Source: Felis catus (Eukaryota). From it: 64,000 bases of DNA. Shown piece by piece: positions 11,975 through 24,902 of the stretch. Every line of letters starts with the position of its first letter. Within the stretch, counting starts at the first letter, position 1. The DNA lies in assembly GCF_018350175.1 (NCBI RefSeq), contig NC_058368.1, positions 35,156,001 to 35,220,000 on the forward strand. Reading direction: 5' to 3'. The notes beneath the pieces are model-generated. The model did no database searches, had not been told where the DNA came from, and worked only from the letters and a program-made list of their open reading frames with translations. Made by a program: the position numbers and the translations under genes.

Positions 11975-13750
11975 TATGTTCTTTAATTTTGACACAATTT
12001 TAAATTTAGAAATTTATATTGAACAGTACAAGGAAGTTTCATACAGTTTTAGTCAGACTCAACAATTCTACAATTTATCCCATTTCTTGCTTTACTATTT
12101 TCAGTAAATGCAGAAATACACACACACTTTTCTTTTCCTGTACCATTTGAGAGTTTATTGTAAGTATCCTGCGCTATTTGTAAATACTTCACTGTGTATT
12201 TTCTAAAAGCGAGTATTTTTATGTAACCACCGTACAATTACCAAAATCAGGAAATACTTTCTAAAGCAGTCTATATTTGAATTTGTAATATCTCAATAAC
12301 TTTTTTTAAAGATTTTTAAGTAATCCCTACACCAAACACAGGGCTTGAACTCACAACCCTGAGATCAAAAGCTGCATGCTCTCCCAACTGAGCCAGCCAG
12401 GCACCCCTCAACAATAACTTTTGAACGTTTTTTTTCCCCTGGTTCAGGACCCAATTTAGATCATGAATTATGTTTTGCTGACAAATCTCCTTAGTCTTTA
12501 AAGTAGAAGAATTCCTCAGGTTTTGTCTTTCTTGACTTTGGGTATTTTAAAAGAATACAGGCCAGCAATTTTATAGAATATGTCTCAATTTAGTCTTGCC
12601 TAATGTCTCCTCAAGTCTAGGTATGGGTTGTGCATTCTTAAGGGAAATATCACAGTGTATCATATTAGAAGACACTTGATACTAGTGTTTCCCAATGTTG
12701 GTGATACTAACTTTCATTGTCTAAGGTGCTGTACACAAGATTTTTGTACTATGACATGGCCGTTTTTCCATTTGTAATTAATAAGCAATTTGAGTGGGGG
12801 ATATGCTTTCAGATAATGGAAATATCCTGTTTCTTCTCAAATTTTCACCCACTAATCTTAACATTCATTGATTTTCTGTCTTTTTCATAATTATTAATTG
12901 GGTTCCTAGGAATAAAGAATACCTTTCCCTTCATATTTATTCTTCTATTCATTTATTTAATGCATCAATGCAGGTTCATATATTATTCGTTACTATCATT
13001 ACTGATACTATCATTTTATTTTTTAATTTGTCATTTAATTCATTATCATTATATATAATTCCACTGATACTCCCATTGCTATCATTACTGATTGTGATTA
13101 TAAATTTCTTATATTTGGTTAATGAAGGCCTTTGCAGTTGACCCCAATATCCCTTTTATATGTTACCATCTCTCTTTCTTATGCAAGATAATGTTCCATG
13201 ATTAGCTTGTACTTTCCTCATTCCAACCCTGAAATAAGCCAATTCATCAAGGAGCCACTATACCTTTTATTGGTGAATGGCATTTACAAACCAAGATCTG
13301 GTCATTACGTGAGCTCATAGTTACCTGTATGTCCTTACTTCTAAACTAGCTCAACAGACAGTGCTAGGATAGATATGCTAAGTCATACATAAATGTATAT
13401 ATTTATTTCTCAATCTATCTATATCTCAACCTATTATTTTTCAATATACCTATATCTAATATTTATAGATATAGATACAGATAAGTATATGTACTGTGTA
13501 TATACAGAGAGAGTACGTAGTTCATACTGATAAATCCAAATCCAACCCAAAATCACAAGTTCCATTCTTATCTTCTACTTTTTTTAATTTTTGTAACTCT
13601 CTTCTGATTAAGAAACATAACTCCAAGTTTTCTCAAAATAATTACTCATTTTCTCAAGCCTAGGATACATAGATAGCAGTTTCAGTATTATTAATCTATA
13701 TCCTGTAAAAAACAAACCTGCTAACTAGGATTCAAAATTTATTATGGTCC
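11975..13750 (-). mobile_element. L1MC-type 3' region
   Basis: ccatttgagagt...aaatacttcactgtgtattttctaa...aaccaccgtacaattaccaaaatcaggaaa and gaaataagccaattcatcaaggagcc...gaatggcatttacaaaccaagatctgg, typical of L1MC4/5 3' ends in antisense. Confidence 0.75.
12301..12407 (-). mobile_element. Short old Can-SINE (SINEC_old type: tRNA-Lys-like head plus short tail)
   Basis: Reverse strand GGGGTGCCTGGCTGGCTCAGTTGGGAGAGCATGC...GAGTTCAAGCCC...GATTACTTAAAAAT; no CT tract. Confidence 0.88.
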
Positions 13751-13769
13751 TTTCATGTGTATGAGTAGC

Positions 13770-14705
13770 AGTGGTAGTAAAACATGCATTTGGAAAAATG
13801 CACCTATCTTAAATATACAGCTTAGTGGATTTTGGCAAATACTCATTTCCATGTAATTGTCCCACCCTCATTAGACAGAGAACATGACCATTACCCCAAA
13901 AAGTTGTTTGATTTGGTACCTTTCCCATATAATCCCCACTCCCACTGTGCAACATAATTAGTTCTGTTCGCTATGGAAATTCATGTAAATCGAATTTTAC
14001 ATGATGTACTACTTTGTGTCTAACATGTTTAGCTCATCCTAATATCTATGAGACACATGCATGTTATTGTATTTAATCACTGTATTATTATGATATAGTA
14101 ATAAAAATAAAATATAGAGTATTGGTCTCTATATAAATATACTCCAATGTCTTTTATACATCATCCTGTGGTTGAACATTTTAGATATTTCAAATTTTTG
14201 ACCATTATAAAGTTTCTATGACCTTCTTGAACAGTCTGTATAACTATTTATAATTTTTATTAGATAAATATAATCAGTTTTGCTATAACGTCACATATGT
14301 GTTCTTAAACATTACCATGCTATGAAAAATTGGGCAATAAAGAATGCAGGACATATGGGGACAATGAGATTGGGCACAACATTCAAAACCTCTGTCAGTA
14401 AAACATAAAAAGAGAGAAACATTATAAAAACAGTTACACATTTTATATACACTTAATGGTTAAGAATACAAATACTACAATAAGTATGGCATTTTACCTT
14501 GCAAAAGATGACGTTGGTATGTAGAAGTGAACATTGGAAGGGCTGCACTTTGAGATATATTTTGGTGGAAGAAGGATTATCTGAATTAAGAAGATAAGCT
14601 ATAACACCAAATACAGATGGCTGTACCTCATAACACACCAATGAAATGTGAAGTGGCTGACATATATATATATATACATATACATATATATACATATACA
14701 TATGT

Positions 14706-14737
<32 letters not shown>

Positions 14738-15020
14738 CTTATATATTTATACACAGCTTAGTTCAGCTGAACTTAGTGTTTTCTATATTTAGTGATATGG
14801 ACAAAACTTGCACATAAACAAGTAAATATATGTATTACGATCAAATTGTTTCCTAATATATAAATTGCAGTGAATCAAACTTGCATTTTTTTTAAAAAGC
14901 ATTAGAGCAGAACTAACTGCACCTAAAAATGCATTTGCTAAGTGCTAAGGTAACTTTATAAGAAACTGTCAAATTGTTTCCCATGCCATTTGTACTATTT
15001 TAGACTCCCACCAGCATTGA
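13770..15020 (-). mobile_element. L1ME/L1MB-type 3' fragment interrupted by Tigger8
   Basis: atacagcttagtggattttggcaaat...ggttgaacattttagatatttcaaattttt; resumes after 14920 with aactttataagaaactgtcaaattgtttccc...ctcccaccagca. Confidence 0.7.
14271..14919 (-). mobile_element. Tigger8-like TcMar-Tigger non-autonomous DNA transposon, apparently full length
   Basis: Terminal inverted repeats taatcagttttgctataacg ... cattagagcagaactaactg, TA-type TSD, about 650 bp; internal sequence resembles recalled Tigger8 consensus; internal (TA)n at about 14661-14750. Confidence 0.85.
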
Positions 15021-15740
15021 TTTCATTAATTTCTGCTCTTATTTTATTCTTTCTATTTTGAGTTTAACTTTCTCTTCTCTTTCCAGCTTAAGGTGGAGAT
15101 TTTGGTAATAGATATTAAACTTAATTAAATGTCATAAACTTCCCTGTAAGTAAAGCTTTAGAAACTCCTTCCATATGGTGATATATTGAATTTTCATTAT
15201 CATTGTTAGAAATCTTCTATAATTTCCTTTTTTAAAATATTTTTGACTCATATATTATTTATAAGCATGGTATTTATCTCCAAAATTAAAAATATTCCAA
15301 ATATCTTTTTTTAATGTTTATTTCTTTTGAAAGAGAAAGAGAGAGAGCAGGGGAGGGGCAGAGAAAAAGGGAGAGAAAGAATCCCAAGCACAGCCTGCAC
15401 TGTCTGTGCCGAACCCAACTTAGGCCCTGATAGCATGAACAGTGAGATCATGACCTGAGCCAAAATCAAGAGGTGGACGCTCAACCAAACTGAGCCACCC
15501 AGGTATCTCTCAAATATCTTATTATGGATATATAGTTTGTTTTGGTTATAGGTCATATGCATAAGATTTCAATCTTTTGTAAGATAGTGAAGTATTAGAC
15601 CCAAAAATATGGACTACCCTGGTGAAAGTTCCTTTCTATGTATGTATATTATAAATACTTAGGATGTCAGGTTCTATAAATATAATTAAGATTAAGATAG
15701 CTGAAAGTTTACTCACATCTATATCATTACTAACTTTTGT
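15020..15740 (-). mobile_element. Old L1 ORF2 (endonuclease-side) fragment
   Basis: Antisense T-rich L1 pattern (aatttctgctcttattttattc...tttgagtttaactttctcttctctttccagc; ttttgactcatatattattt). Confidence 0.6.
15308..15508 (-). mobile_element. Can-SINE
   Basis: Full structure; TSD caaatatctt at 15298-15307 and 15511-15520. Confidence 0.95.
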
Positions 15741-15756
15741 CTGTTTTCACTAACAA

Positions 15757-16700
15757 TTACTCTCTGTCAGGTTGGATGATATATTTTGACACATCTTCAA
15801 TTTCACTAATCCTCTCTTCTGCTGTCTCCAATTTACAAGTAGTGTCAATCGGTAAATTTTCCATGATCAGTTTTGTACTTCTCAGTTCTATGTTTTCCAT
15901 TTGGCTCTTTGTTATAATTTTTATCTCTCTGCCAGAATCCCCCACCATCTGTCTTATCATTAGGAGTATATTTTCCTTTAAGTCTTTGAACACATTTGTA
16001 GAACCTGCTTTAAAATCATTTATTGCTAATTCTAACATCTTTATCACCCATAATGTTTGTATTTACTGATTATTTTCTTGACTATAAGTGACATTTTCTC
16101 ATTTCTTCCCATGTCTAATGATGTTTGATTGTATATTATACATGCTTATAATACACTGACAAGACTCTGGACTCTATTATCACACTATACAAATGTTTCT
16201 TTTTTATCAGTCAGTGAAACAAAATATATTCAAATTCCAAACCTTCTTCTTTTTTTACTGGGGGCAACAGCTGAAATGTTTGCCCATTTCTTTCAGCTTT
16301 CCCACTGTTGCTTTTTGCCAGTAAGTTAGAGTGTTCCTTTGAATGTTTGAGTAGATATAGGTGGAGGTCACATACAGGATTTGGAGGGGTCATTTCTATG
16401 GGCCCCTGATTCCCAGCATTTTCCTCCTTAGTTTTCAGCTGTCCTAGGAGCCTTAAACTCCAAAAATCATTAAGATTGAAGACTGTACTTCAGCTCTAGC
16501 CTCCATAAGAAAAATATCTATGTAATTTAAAATTTTACCCATGTAATACCCTCGTCTCAAGTCTCCACTCCCCTCCAATTGCTGCCTGTTTCAGTCACTC
16601 TCCAGTGCCTTCAAATATGTGTTATTCCTAATTTTATCAGAGTTTATAATTGTTGACTTCAAGATTCTTACAGAAAAGTTAGTCTACTATTATTGGTATC
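15757..16700 (-). mobile_element. Old L1 5' region and ORF1 coiled-coil fragment
   Basis: ORF 15757-16047 encodes MLELAINDFKAG...LETAEERISEIEDVS, matching L1 ORF1p N-terminal and coiled-coil sequence (EERISELED-type motif). Confidence 0.8.
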
Positions 16701-16731
16701 AAATCTTGTCATGGATTAAATTTTAATTTAT

Positions 16732-16915
16732 TAATTTAGTCAATAAATATCTACTACACTCTGACTATGCTTCAGATATTGTTCTGGGCACTTTGGATAG
16801 AAAGAATAAAAGACTATAACTTAGCTCTTTATAGGAGAGGATTCATAGCATAAACTAATTATTCTGATACAGTGTGACAAGATAAATTCACGTAGCACTA
16901 TGGAAGCACAGAAAA
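16732..16915 (-). mobile_element. L2 3' end fragment
   Basis: atttagtcaataaatatctact...actatgcttcagatattgttctgggcact... Confidence 0.6.
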
Positions 16916-17121
16916 AGAGAATTTGTAGGAATATATCTATCTCTTATCTTTTTCCAAACCAATAACACATTTCCACTTGAGATATTCTGTCATGAAATTT
17001 CATGAGTATTTATTTATGTGATAATGACTATAGAGTCTGCCCACATTGGTTTGATCAAGATAGAGTCTCAAAAATGTTTAAATACATAAATTTGAGAAGT
17101 TGCTATGATGGACGGTAGGGT

Positions 17122-17153
<32 letters not shown>

Positions 17154-17154
17154 G
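17122..17154. repeat. (GTT)n microsatellite
   Basis: About 11 units, direct reading. Confidence 0.95.
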
Positions 17155-17289
17155 GAGGGATTAATGATTAGCTATTTAATGGTAATTTGAGGGGGTGTTC
17201 ATCATGGATGTACAATGTAAATTATTTTAGAACACACTGCTATTTATAAAAGCAAACAAAATGGAAATTAATGTATACCCAATAAAAAT

Positions 17290-17840
17290 ATTGATAAAGA
17301 AAATTTAGACTATTTACAACCTAGAGATTGAAAAGATCTTTCCATACCAATAAATAAAACACATATATTATAAAAATATTTTAAGCAAAAATATATTAAG
17401 GTTGATAAAAATATGCCAGTTTAGAAAATAATTTAATGCAGATGAGTGATGACTAAATATCTATAATGCTGCAAAAATGGTTACAGAAACTTAATAACCT
17501 GAAAGACATAAATGAAAAGGATATGAGTTGACAATTCACAGAAGAGCAAAGCCAAATGGCAGGTAAATATATGAAAATATTCCCAGTCTTTATAGACGTC
17601 AGGAAAATATGAATTAGGTAAAGAAGATAATGCCTAATGCATTATCAGAATCAGAATGAAAGAAGTATTCTCATATATTGTTGCATATCCTGCAGCATCT
17701 GCTAAAATTCAAAAGGTACATGACCTTCATTCTAACAATCTGATATCTAAGATTTGTCTTATAGAAATAAAAGCACCAGTATGTAAGGATAGATACACAA
17801 AGGGGTTCATTATAGTACAGCTTTATTTTGAAAACTGAAA
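17290..17840 (+). mobile_element. Old L1ME ORF2 3' fragment
   Basis: aaggatatgagttgacaattcacagaagagcaaagccaaatggcaggtaaatatatgaaaata. Confidence 0.6.
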
Positions 17841-17847
17841 AAGAATT

Positions 17848-18046
17848 TGGGTGGCTCAGTCAGCTGAGCGTCCGACTTCAGCTCAGGTCATGATCTCCCA
17901 GTTCATGGATTCAAGCCACACATCGGGCTCTGTGCTGACAGCTCAGAGCCTGGAGTCTGCTTTGGATTCTGTTTCTCCCTCTCTCTTTGCCTCTCCCCCG
18001 CTCTCTCTCTCTCAAAAATAAATAAATGTTAAAAAAATTAAAAATC
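17848..18046 (+). mobile_element. Can-SINE (SINEC_Fc type) lacking its first ~8 nt
   Basis: Begins TGGGTGGCTCAGTC; TSD aaaaagaatttg at 17838-17849 and 18047-18058. Confidence 0.95.
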
Positions 18047-18554
18047 AAAAAGAATTTGAGGTTTTCTTCGGTAACTCAGAGCACTCTTTACTACCATCAT
18101 AGTCAGTGGTTTAGAAATGTTAGCCATGAAGCTCTAGATTTAAAGTCTTACTCAGTTGACCCAATTTATAAAGAAAATTCAATACATAAATCAGATGACA
18201 TCAATGACTTATTGCATAGATTAAAGCCACGTAAGGGGAAAAGAGCAAGGCAGCAATTCTCCACCTGTTCTAAAATAACTTACACATGTGGGGAGCTCTA
18301 CTTGAAATCCAATACTCTATCTGATCACCCCTAAATTAGCTAAAACCATTTTCTTCTGTACCTCTAGAGGTGTTCTTAGCATATCTTAAACTCCTCTTAA
18401 GTAAGGGCGAAGTTCCTCTCCTCACCCAGGACCTATCACAGTGCTTGCTGCTATATGTGATATTAATAAATGTAAGTTGTTTTCTAAGCAGAGTAACTTT
18501 ATAATACGCATTACTGTCTGAGATATTCAGCTTAAAAATATGTTTGATACTCTA

Positions 18555-18751
18555 TTTTGTTAAAGTTTATTTACTTATTTTGAGAGAGAGAGAAAGCCTG
18601 TGAGTCAGGGAGGGACAGAGAGAAAGGGTAAGAGAGAATCCCAAGCAGGCTCCATGCCCAACGAAAGGCTTGAACTCACAAACCATAAGATTATGGCCTG
18701 AGCCAAAATCAAGAGTCGGATATTCAATGGACTGAGCCACCCAGGTGCCCC
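18555..18751 (-). mobile_element. Can-SINE
   Basis: Reverse head ...gagccacccaggtgcccc; degenerate TSD tgatactct/tggtactct. Confidence 0.93.
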
Positions 18752-19460
18752 TGGTACTCTTTAAAACTCTGTAACTGACAATTGTCAACCAATTTTGGCA
18801 TGAGTTCCTCAAATGCACTTAGGTATCTGAATATAGACAGCTGCCTATAATTTTAGATCATCAACAGGAAAAAACATCATAAATCTTTGTGATACTACAA
18901 AAGAATATTACTCAATGCAGTTCGGTGATAATTTTTTTTAAATATCAAAAATAATATTTTTTTTACTATTCTCCAAATAGTCTATTTTTTTGGTGTTTTG
19001 CCCTATCATTAGGTCAGTGAAGAATAACAATATTTAAAAGATGCAGTCTTTTGAAAAGTGTTCACACACAAAAAAAGCATTAAATAAAAAGACTTTAGCC
19101 AAACATACTGACAAGATTATAATAGCTCTCATAATCTAACTTGCATTTACTCTGTAATTACCCAGGAAAAGGTGCAGAAGTATAATTCACGGATGTCGCA
19201 GAACAGCAAACAAAAAAGATACATGATAAAAACCATGAACTAGGAGATAAAATTAGTCACTGCTATTCTTGCTCTTTCTGATGCCACCAACACCATTGAA
19301 AGCAAAGGCAAAATGCCATTCACAGCTTCATTCTTCAAATGCCCTTTCCAGTAATACCTTTCTCCTACCTGCTCTTTGAAACAATTGTTATTCTCTCCTA
19401 ATAGAATAAAAAACGTACGTGAATTCTTTGCAAACCATAGGCAGCCTTAGCGTGTGCACG

Positions 19461-19468
19461 CACACACA

Positions 19469-19511
<43 letters not shown>
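19461..19511. repeat. (CA)n microsatellite
   Basis: Direct reading; one interruption. Confidence 0.95.
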
Positions 19512-19515
<4 letters not shown>

Positions 19516-19854
19516 TTGAAATTTCAGTAGCACCACTGCAATATTCTGCAGTTCAAGGCAAAATTTTGAGGAAAAAAAGAGAAAACTTAGAATTAATTAA
19601 TTGGTGATCTTACACCTTAGAATAATTGATTGCAAATTAAACCATCACTCATAAAAGCTCTTATTCTTTCACGATTGTATTATCACATATTAGCTTCAGT
19701 TAATTACTAATTCTGGAAAATATAAAGAAGGTTCAGCGAATATCTTTTTGCTGGCTTTCATATTTAAATAAACTGCATTAAAAATATTTTAGTGAACAAA
19801 CCGATTCAATTTAGTTTTCAAATATTTCAAACTTTCAGAAATGTCATATAAGAC

Positions 19855-20005
19855 AATCATTTTGACTCTCTGAATCTCTTGCTTCATTTTTAAAATAAGA
19901 GAAACAATAACCCACTATAGGATTTTTAGAAATAATGAATGGTATTGTACATATAAAATATTTAACTCAGTACTTAAACCATAGTAAGTAATCACTAAGT
20001 TTGAT
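19855..20005 (+). mobile_element. MIR fragment
   Basis: ctctctgaatctc...cttcatttttaaaataagaga...aaaatatttaactcagtactt...catagtaagt. Confidence 0.6.
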
Positions 20006-20758
20006 TCCCTTTATATAATTCAGTTAGTCTGCTTGCAATACTATATTGAATATAGTAATTAAAATAGTAAATTATAAAAATAGTACTACAAATAAAAAAA
20101 CCTACAGAAATTGGGCATAGAAATATTTGTAAAAATAACTTTCTGAACCACTGAAACTTGCATGTATGTTAAATAGGTATACACAAAAGAAGTATGAAAT
20201 CTATATTATTCCTCATGATGATCTATTGTGTGCTCAGACCTAAACAGTAGATATCGTTCCAATTAAAAGTGAGGAATAATGCTATCATTCTTATTACATA
20301 AGGGCAGAAGGCACAAGGGCAGAAAATAAAAGCAATTGGCTAGAAAACCAAGAATTTACATTACAACATTGATGATTTTTTACCAAGTATGCATTCCAAG
20401 CTCTCTCTCTCTCTCTCTACCTCAGAATATCTAATAATGGGAGGGGAAAAGAAGAAAGATATAAAAAAATTACAGCTTTTTGTTTTGTGTATTAAAATTC
20501 TCTACGGTCCAACAAAAAAATCCAGATATGCTTGATAAAGTTAACTAAAGAAAGTTACTTTGGGGAATCATCATGGCATTTATATTATAGATTCATAACT
20601 TTTTTGAGGCATATATTCATAGAAAAATATAATGAAACCTATGAACCCTTTCCCATAAAAAGAAAAAATACATATATATCATATGGGTTCAGTGGACTTA
20701 CAGACCCTTTAAAATTTATCAATAGACTCTTTCTTATTCTACTGTCCTTGGTTATGAG

Positions 20759-20986
20759 TTTTTTTGTTGTTGTTTTTTTTAATGTTTATTTATTTTTGAG
20801 AGAGAGAGAAAGACAACGAGAATAGGGAAGGGACACAGAGAGAGGGAGACAGAATTTGAAGCAGGCTTCAGGCTCTGAGCTGCCAGCACAGAGCCCGACG
20901 CGGGGCTCAAACCCATGGGCTGGACTGAGAGATCACGACCTGAGCCGAAGTCAGACGCTTAACCGACAGAGCCACCCAGGTGTCCC
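20759..20986 (-). mobile_element. Can-SINE (SINEC_Fc type)
   Basis: gcaggcttcaggctctgagctgccagcacagagcccgacgcggggctcaa...gagccacccaggtgtccc. Confidence 0.95.
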
Positions 20987-21222
20987 TTGAGTTCTTGATG
21001 TATACAAAGTAATTTAAATATTGATGTCATCATGGGAAAAAAAAGATTTATTTCAACTTCTCCTAATCCCCACACCTGAGGTCCTTGAAATACAGATTTT
21101 TATATCACTTTTCATTTTAAAAAATCATATTTTTGTTCCAAATAAGTAATTTCTAAATAACTACTTGTTGATTGAATAAATGAATAAATGAATATACACA
21201 TAATTATTTTTTAATTAATTAC

Positions 21223-21312
21223 CTTTTTTTTAAGTAATTTCAACACTCAGCTTGGGCCTCAAACTCACAACCCTGGGATCAAGAGTTGTGTGCTCCTCTG
21301 ACTGAGCCAGAC
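21223..21312 (-). mobile_element. Short old Can-SINE (SINEC_old type)
   Basis: taagtaatttcaacactcagcttgggcctcaaactcacaaccctgggatcaagagttgtgtgctcctctgactgagccag; flanking repeat cacataatt. Confidence 0.8.
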
Positions 21313-23839
21313 TATCCACATAATTCTATTTTTATTGTCTCAAGGTTCAAATAATTGTCTTATTCTATGGATTCTATGGATTATACCAAAAACTTAAAAT
21401 TCCAAATCAGCACTTTAAAAGATATAGCAATGGAACGTTGTGACTTTTATCAAATGTGTTCTTTGTGACATTTGAGGGAATGCACAAGAGACAACCAAAC
21501 ATTTCCTGCAGATAGTGATACAAGGAAGTGACATTTCTTATAGACAGTGGTAGTGTGAGCATAATGTGGCATAAACAGAGGAAGAGCATCTGGTCTTCAC
21601 ACACAAGAAGAATGAGTCCAGGCTAAAACAAACTAAAAGTATCTTACTAGCTTTGCTTGGTTTGATATTCAACAATTCTTTAGTGAAAAAGAATTAGAAA
21701 TTTGTATCAGAACCCCACTATATACACAGATGTATAGACACAGATACAGGTACAGACACAGGCTTACACATATACTTGGTGACATACACACACACCATTC
21801 ATACACACTCGTGATTACGCCAGAGTCCATTAAAAGTCACTCTTTCATTTCTCCTGGGAATTATTTTTGAAAGAACCACATGGAGGATATAAGAAGAGCT
21901 ACAAGATAAATAAATCATGGAGGAAAAGAAGGGTCACTGAGATAAAAGTTTGAAAGAGAAAAAAATAATAATAAAGTGCACGGGAAAATTGGGCCTAGAT
22001 GCACACTTCTACCTTTATTAAAAAAAAAGACAGAGCCATGTCTATACGGAATGATAGCATCTGGCTACAGAGGCTATGTAAGCAATGCTGAAATAGAATA
22101 ACACTGTACATTGAGGAAGGGCTTATAAAATACCCATCTGGAATATGCAAGTATTTAAATAAGCATTATCCAAGTTCTTTGTATCTTAAGCATCCAAACT
22201 ACACTTTGTTTCTGAAAACAGGATAGTCCTAATAGGCAAGACACCTGACACAGAGTTAATACTTCCATGTAAAAAACAAATATTAGAAGGCTTGAGACAT
22301 TCTAATGTGGAACTGGAAACAAAACAAAGCAACACAGACTTTTAGTATGCACGAGTAAGAAAAACAAATTACGTCCTATTAATATGGAAAAGGAAGATCT
22401 TGAAAAATTTCTAGCAAATGAGGAATAGTAAACCAAAATTTATACAATTGCTATTAATATTTATATTCTTCATTTAGTGAAATATTTGTTTATAAAATAA
22501 AAATCACTTTACACATAGTTCTAAATTATAGTTCTAAATTTCTTGATTCCCAATTCTACCACTACCAGTATTTGGAGTGGAGACTAGGGAAAGGATTGCT
22601 GACTTAACAATTAATGGAGTGGTCTGAGTGAATATCATCTGGCTGTGTATTTCAAGATTCTGGAGCTAAAGACAGGGAAAATTATGTACATATTGGTGAA
22701 CACTCTAGTTCAAGCAGAAAAGGAGTGAAAGGCCTTGGAGGATGGGGTATACAAGCTCTCTCAATAGGTCAAAATTGTAAGCTATAGGTAAGCCACACTG
22801 TAGAACTGCAGCAGGAATGTTTCCACAAGCCTTTGGCAAAGGGATCACATCTTGCTTCACAGCCACTGAATCCAGAACATGATCCCTATACAACCATTAG
22901 CCTGCTATACCTAAAATCTGACATCTCCTCAACTTTGATTGTTTAAGGACAGCAGCAATGCAGATTCCATACAGCATTTCTTGATGTTCAGGTGTGTCTG
23001 AACTCGAGCGTGTGATTCATTAGATACTAGATTTTAATATGCCTTGAATCCAGCTGCCACAGAGTCTGGGTTGGTGAGGGCTGTCTTCTGATGTAGGGGA
23101 TTGACACAGAAAGTCATTAAAAGATGCCAAGTGACAAAATATGACAAATACCCACTATTGAGCTCACTTAACACTACTCATAAGCCTTAGATCTGCTCAG
23201 GTTAACCTCTCTACAAGGTATTATGTGGGACCAAAATAAGCCAGACTGGAAAGAATAAATCCTCACTGGTGTGACTTAACTCTTTTCCCAGCAGCATCTC
23301 CATTACCCTCTGTTACAATGACTCTTTCCCTCTGTGTTGAAATATGTTTACTTCTCCCTCTTCAATTAATCAACAAATAAATTAGTAACTAATCCTTCAT
23401 TTGACTGATATACTATGCCAAGCTACCTTTCAGTTATTTTCTTTATTGCTTTCACCAATTGATTTTTTTTCATTCTACTCTGTTGTTTTCATATTCCCCT
23501 TTCTAAGAGTTCCTTCATTCCTGTCTCCACTATTCCATACTATCTGCACTCCTGAAAATCACAAATGACCAATTCCTCACAGAGTCTTGTGGCATTTTGG
23601 GCCTACATTTTCCCGGATTTCTCTGAAGTTCATGGCATTATAGTAATCTTTGGGAGGTTCTTCCCATATTCCTTTTCCTGAATTCTTCTCCCCACGTGAT
23701 TTCTGCCATTTACTTTTGTATCCTTTACTACTTCATCTTTGGCGGCAGCTCCTAAAATTCAGTGTTGGAGCCTCTCTATTCTCTTTACTATCTTCCTGAA
23801 TGATCACCCCACTCACTATTTCACTTTTGTTAGTCTACT

Positions 23840-24060
23840 TCCTTGTTTATTCACCACATCTTAATTATCTAGTAGATGATAGACACTCTACTAGGACCTG
23901 GTGATAAAAAGGTGAATAAGACACAGGCTCTGACCTAAAAGAACTCAGGGCCTTTTAGGAAAATCACTTACAGAAATACATGTTATAATATAGTGTGCAA
24001 AGTGCATGGATAGAGCTGTGCTCAGTTTGGGAAGCATCTAAGAGATGGGAAAGGGGAATG
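23840..24060 (-). mobile_element. L2 3' fragment
   Basis: agacactctactaggacctggtgataaaaaggtgaataagacacaggctctgacct. Confidence 0.65.
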
Positions 24061-24237
24061 TAGCCCAAAGCAAGAGTGGACACCCTGGAATAAATGCCAA
24101 TTGCCTTCATTGGGATGTTTTGCACTAGCGCATCTCCATCTCTGCCATTATGCATCTTAGTTCTACCTTTCTGCCTCCCACTAGACACCTGTCCCTCAAG
24201 GCCTTTGAAGAAATTATGTCTAAAACCAAACTTTTTT

Positions 24238-24415
24238 GAGGCACCTGGGTGGCTCAGTTGGTTAAGGATCTGACTCTTGGTTTCAGCTCAGGTCAAGATC
24301 TCATGGTTCTCTGACAGCGCGGAGCCTGCTTGGAATTTTTCTCTCTCCCTCCCTCCCATGTGTGCTCTCTCTCTCTTTCTCCAAACACAAATAAACAAAG
24401 TTTTAATTTTTTTTT
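24238..24415 (+). mobile_element. Can-SINE with internal deletion of the B-box region
   Basis: Head followed directly by ...gatctcatggttc|tctgacagcgcggagcc; degenerate TSD aaaaccaaact/aataccaaact. Confidence 0.9.
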
Positions 24416-24619
24416 AAATACCAAACTACTCATTCCCGCTTCTACATTTATTTTTCTTCCTTATTTTCCACCTTATGGTGATAACATTGATGCTTATTTG
24501 TCCAGACTAGCTCTAAACCTCTGAGTCACTGTGGACTTTTCTCTCTGCCTGTTTTGATATCTACTCTTCACCAAATTCCGCTGATTCATTTTTTAAAACA
24601 AGTGGTAGTACCAGGTAAT

Positions 24620-24800
24620 AGTTATCAGCACAGGCTGAGTTTAAAAAAAAAGTCACAACTGTGCAGCTATAGGCAGAATATTTTTGTGTCTCAGTTTCTC
24701 CCCCCCCCCCCCCCCTCTCTCTTTTAAATGGGGATTATGGCTCCTACATTACAAGGTTATAAAATTAAATGAGTGATTTCCTGGAACATACCAAACATGA
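24620..24800 (+). mobile_element. MIR fragment containing a C16 run
   Basis: tgtgtctcagtttctc[C run]tctctcttttaaatggggatt...aaattaaatgag. Confidence 0.65.
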
Positions 24801-24902
24801 ATTACTGTCATCTATTGTTAACTCATGATTTCTATGTTGTCCATTTTTACTTTTTCATTCCTACTCTCTTAACCCTGGCTTTAAATTTAAATCATTCACA
24901 TC

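Noticed and set aside
12301..12407. tRNA-Lys-like sequence (also at 21223-21312)
   Set aside because: Has a SINE-type 5' end and A tail and lacks a proper acceptor stem; old Can-SINE rather than a tRNA gene.
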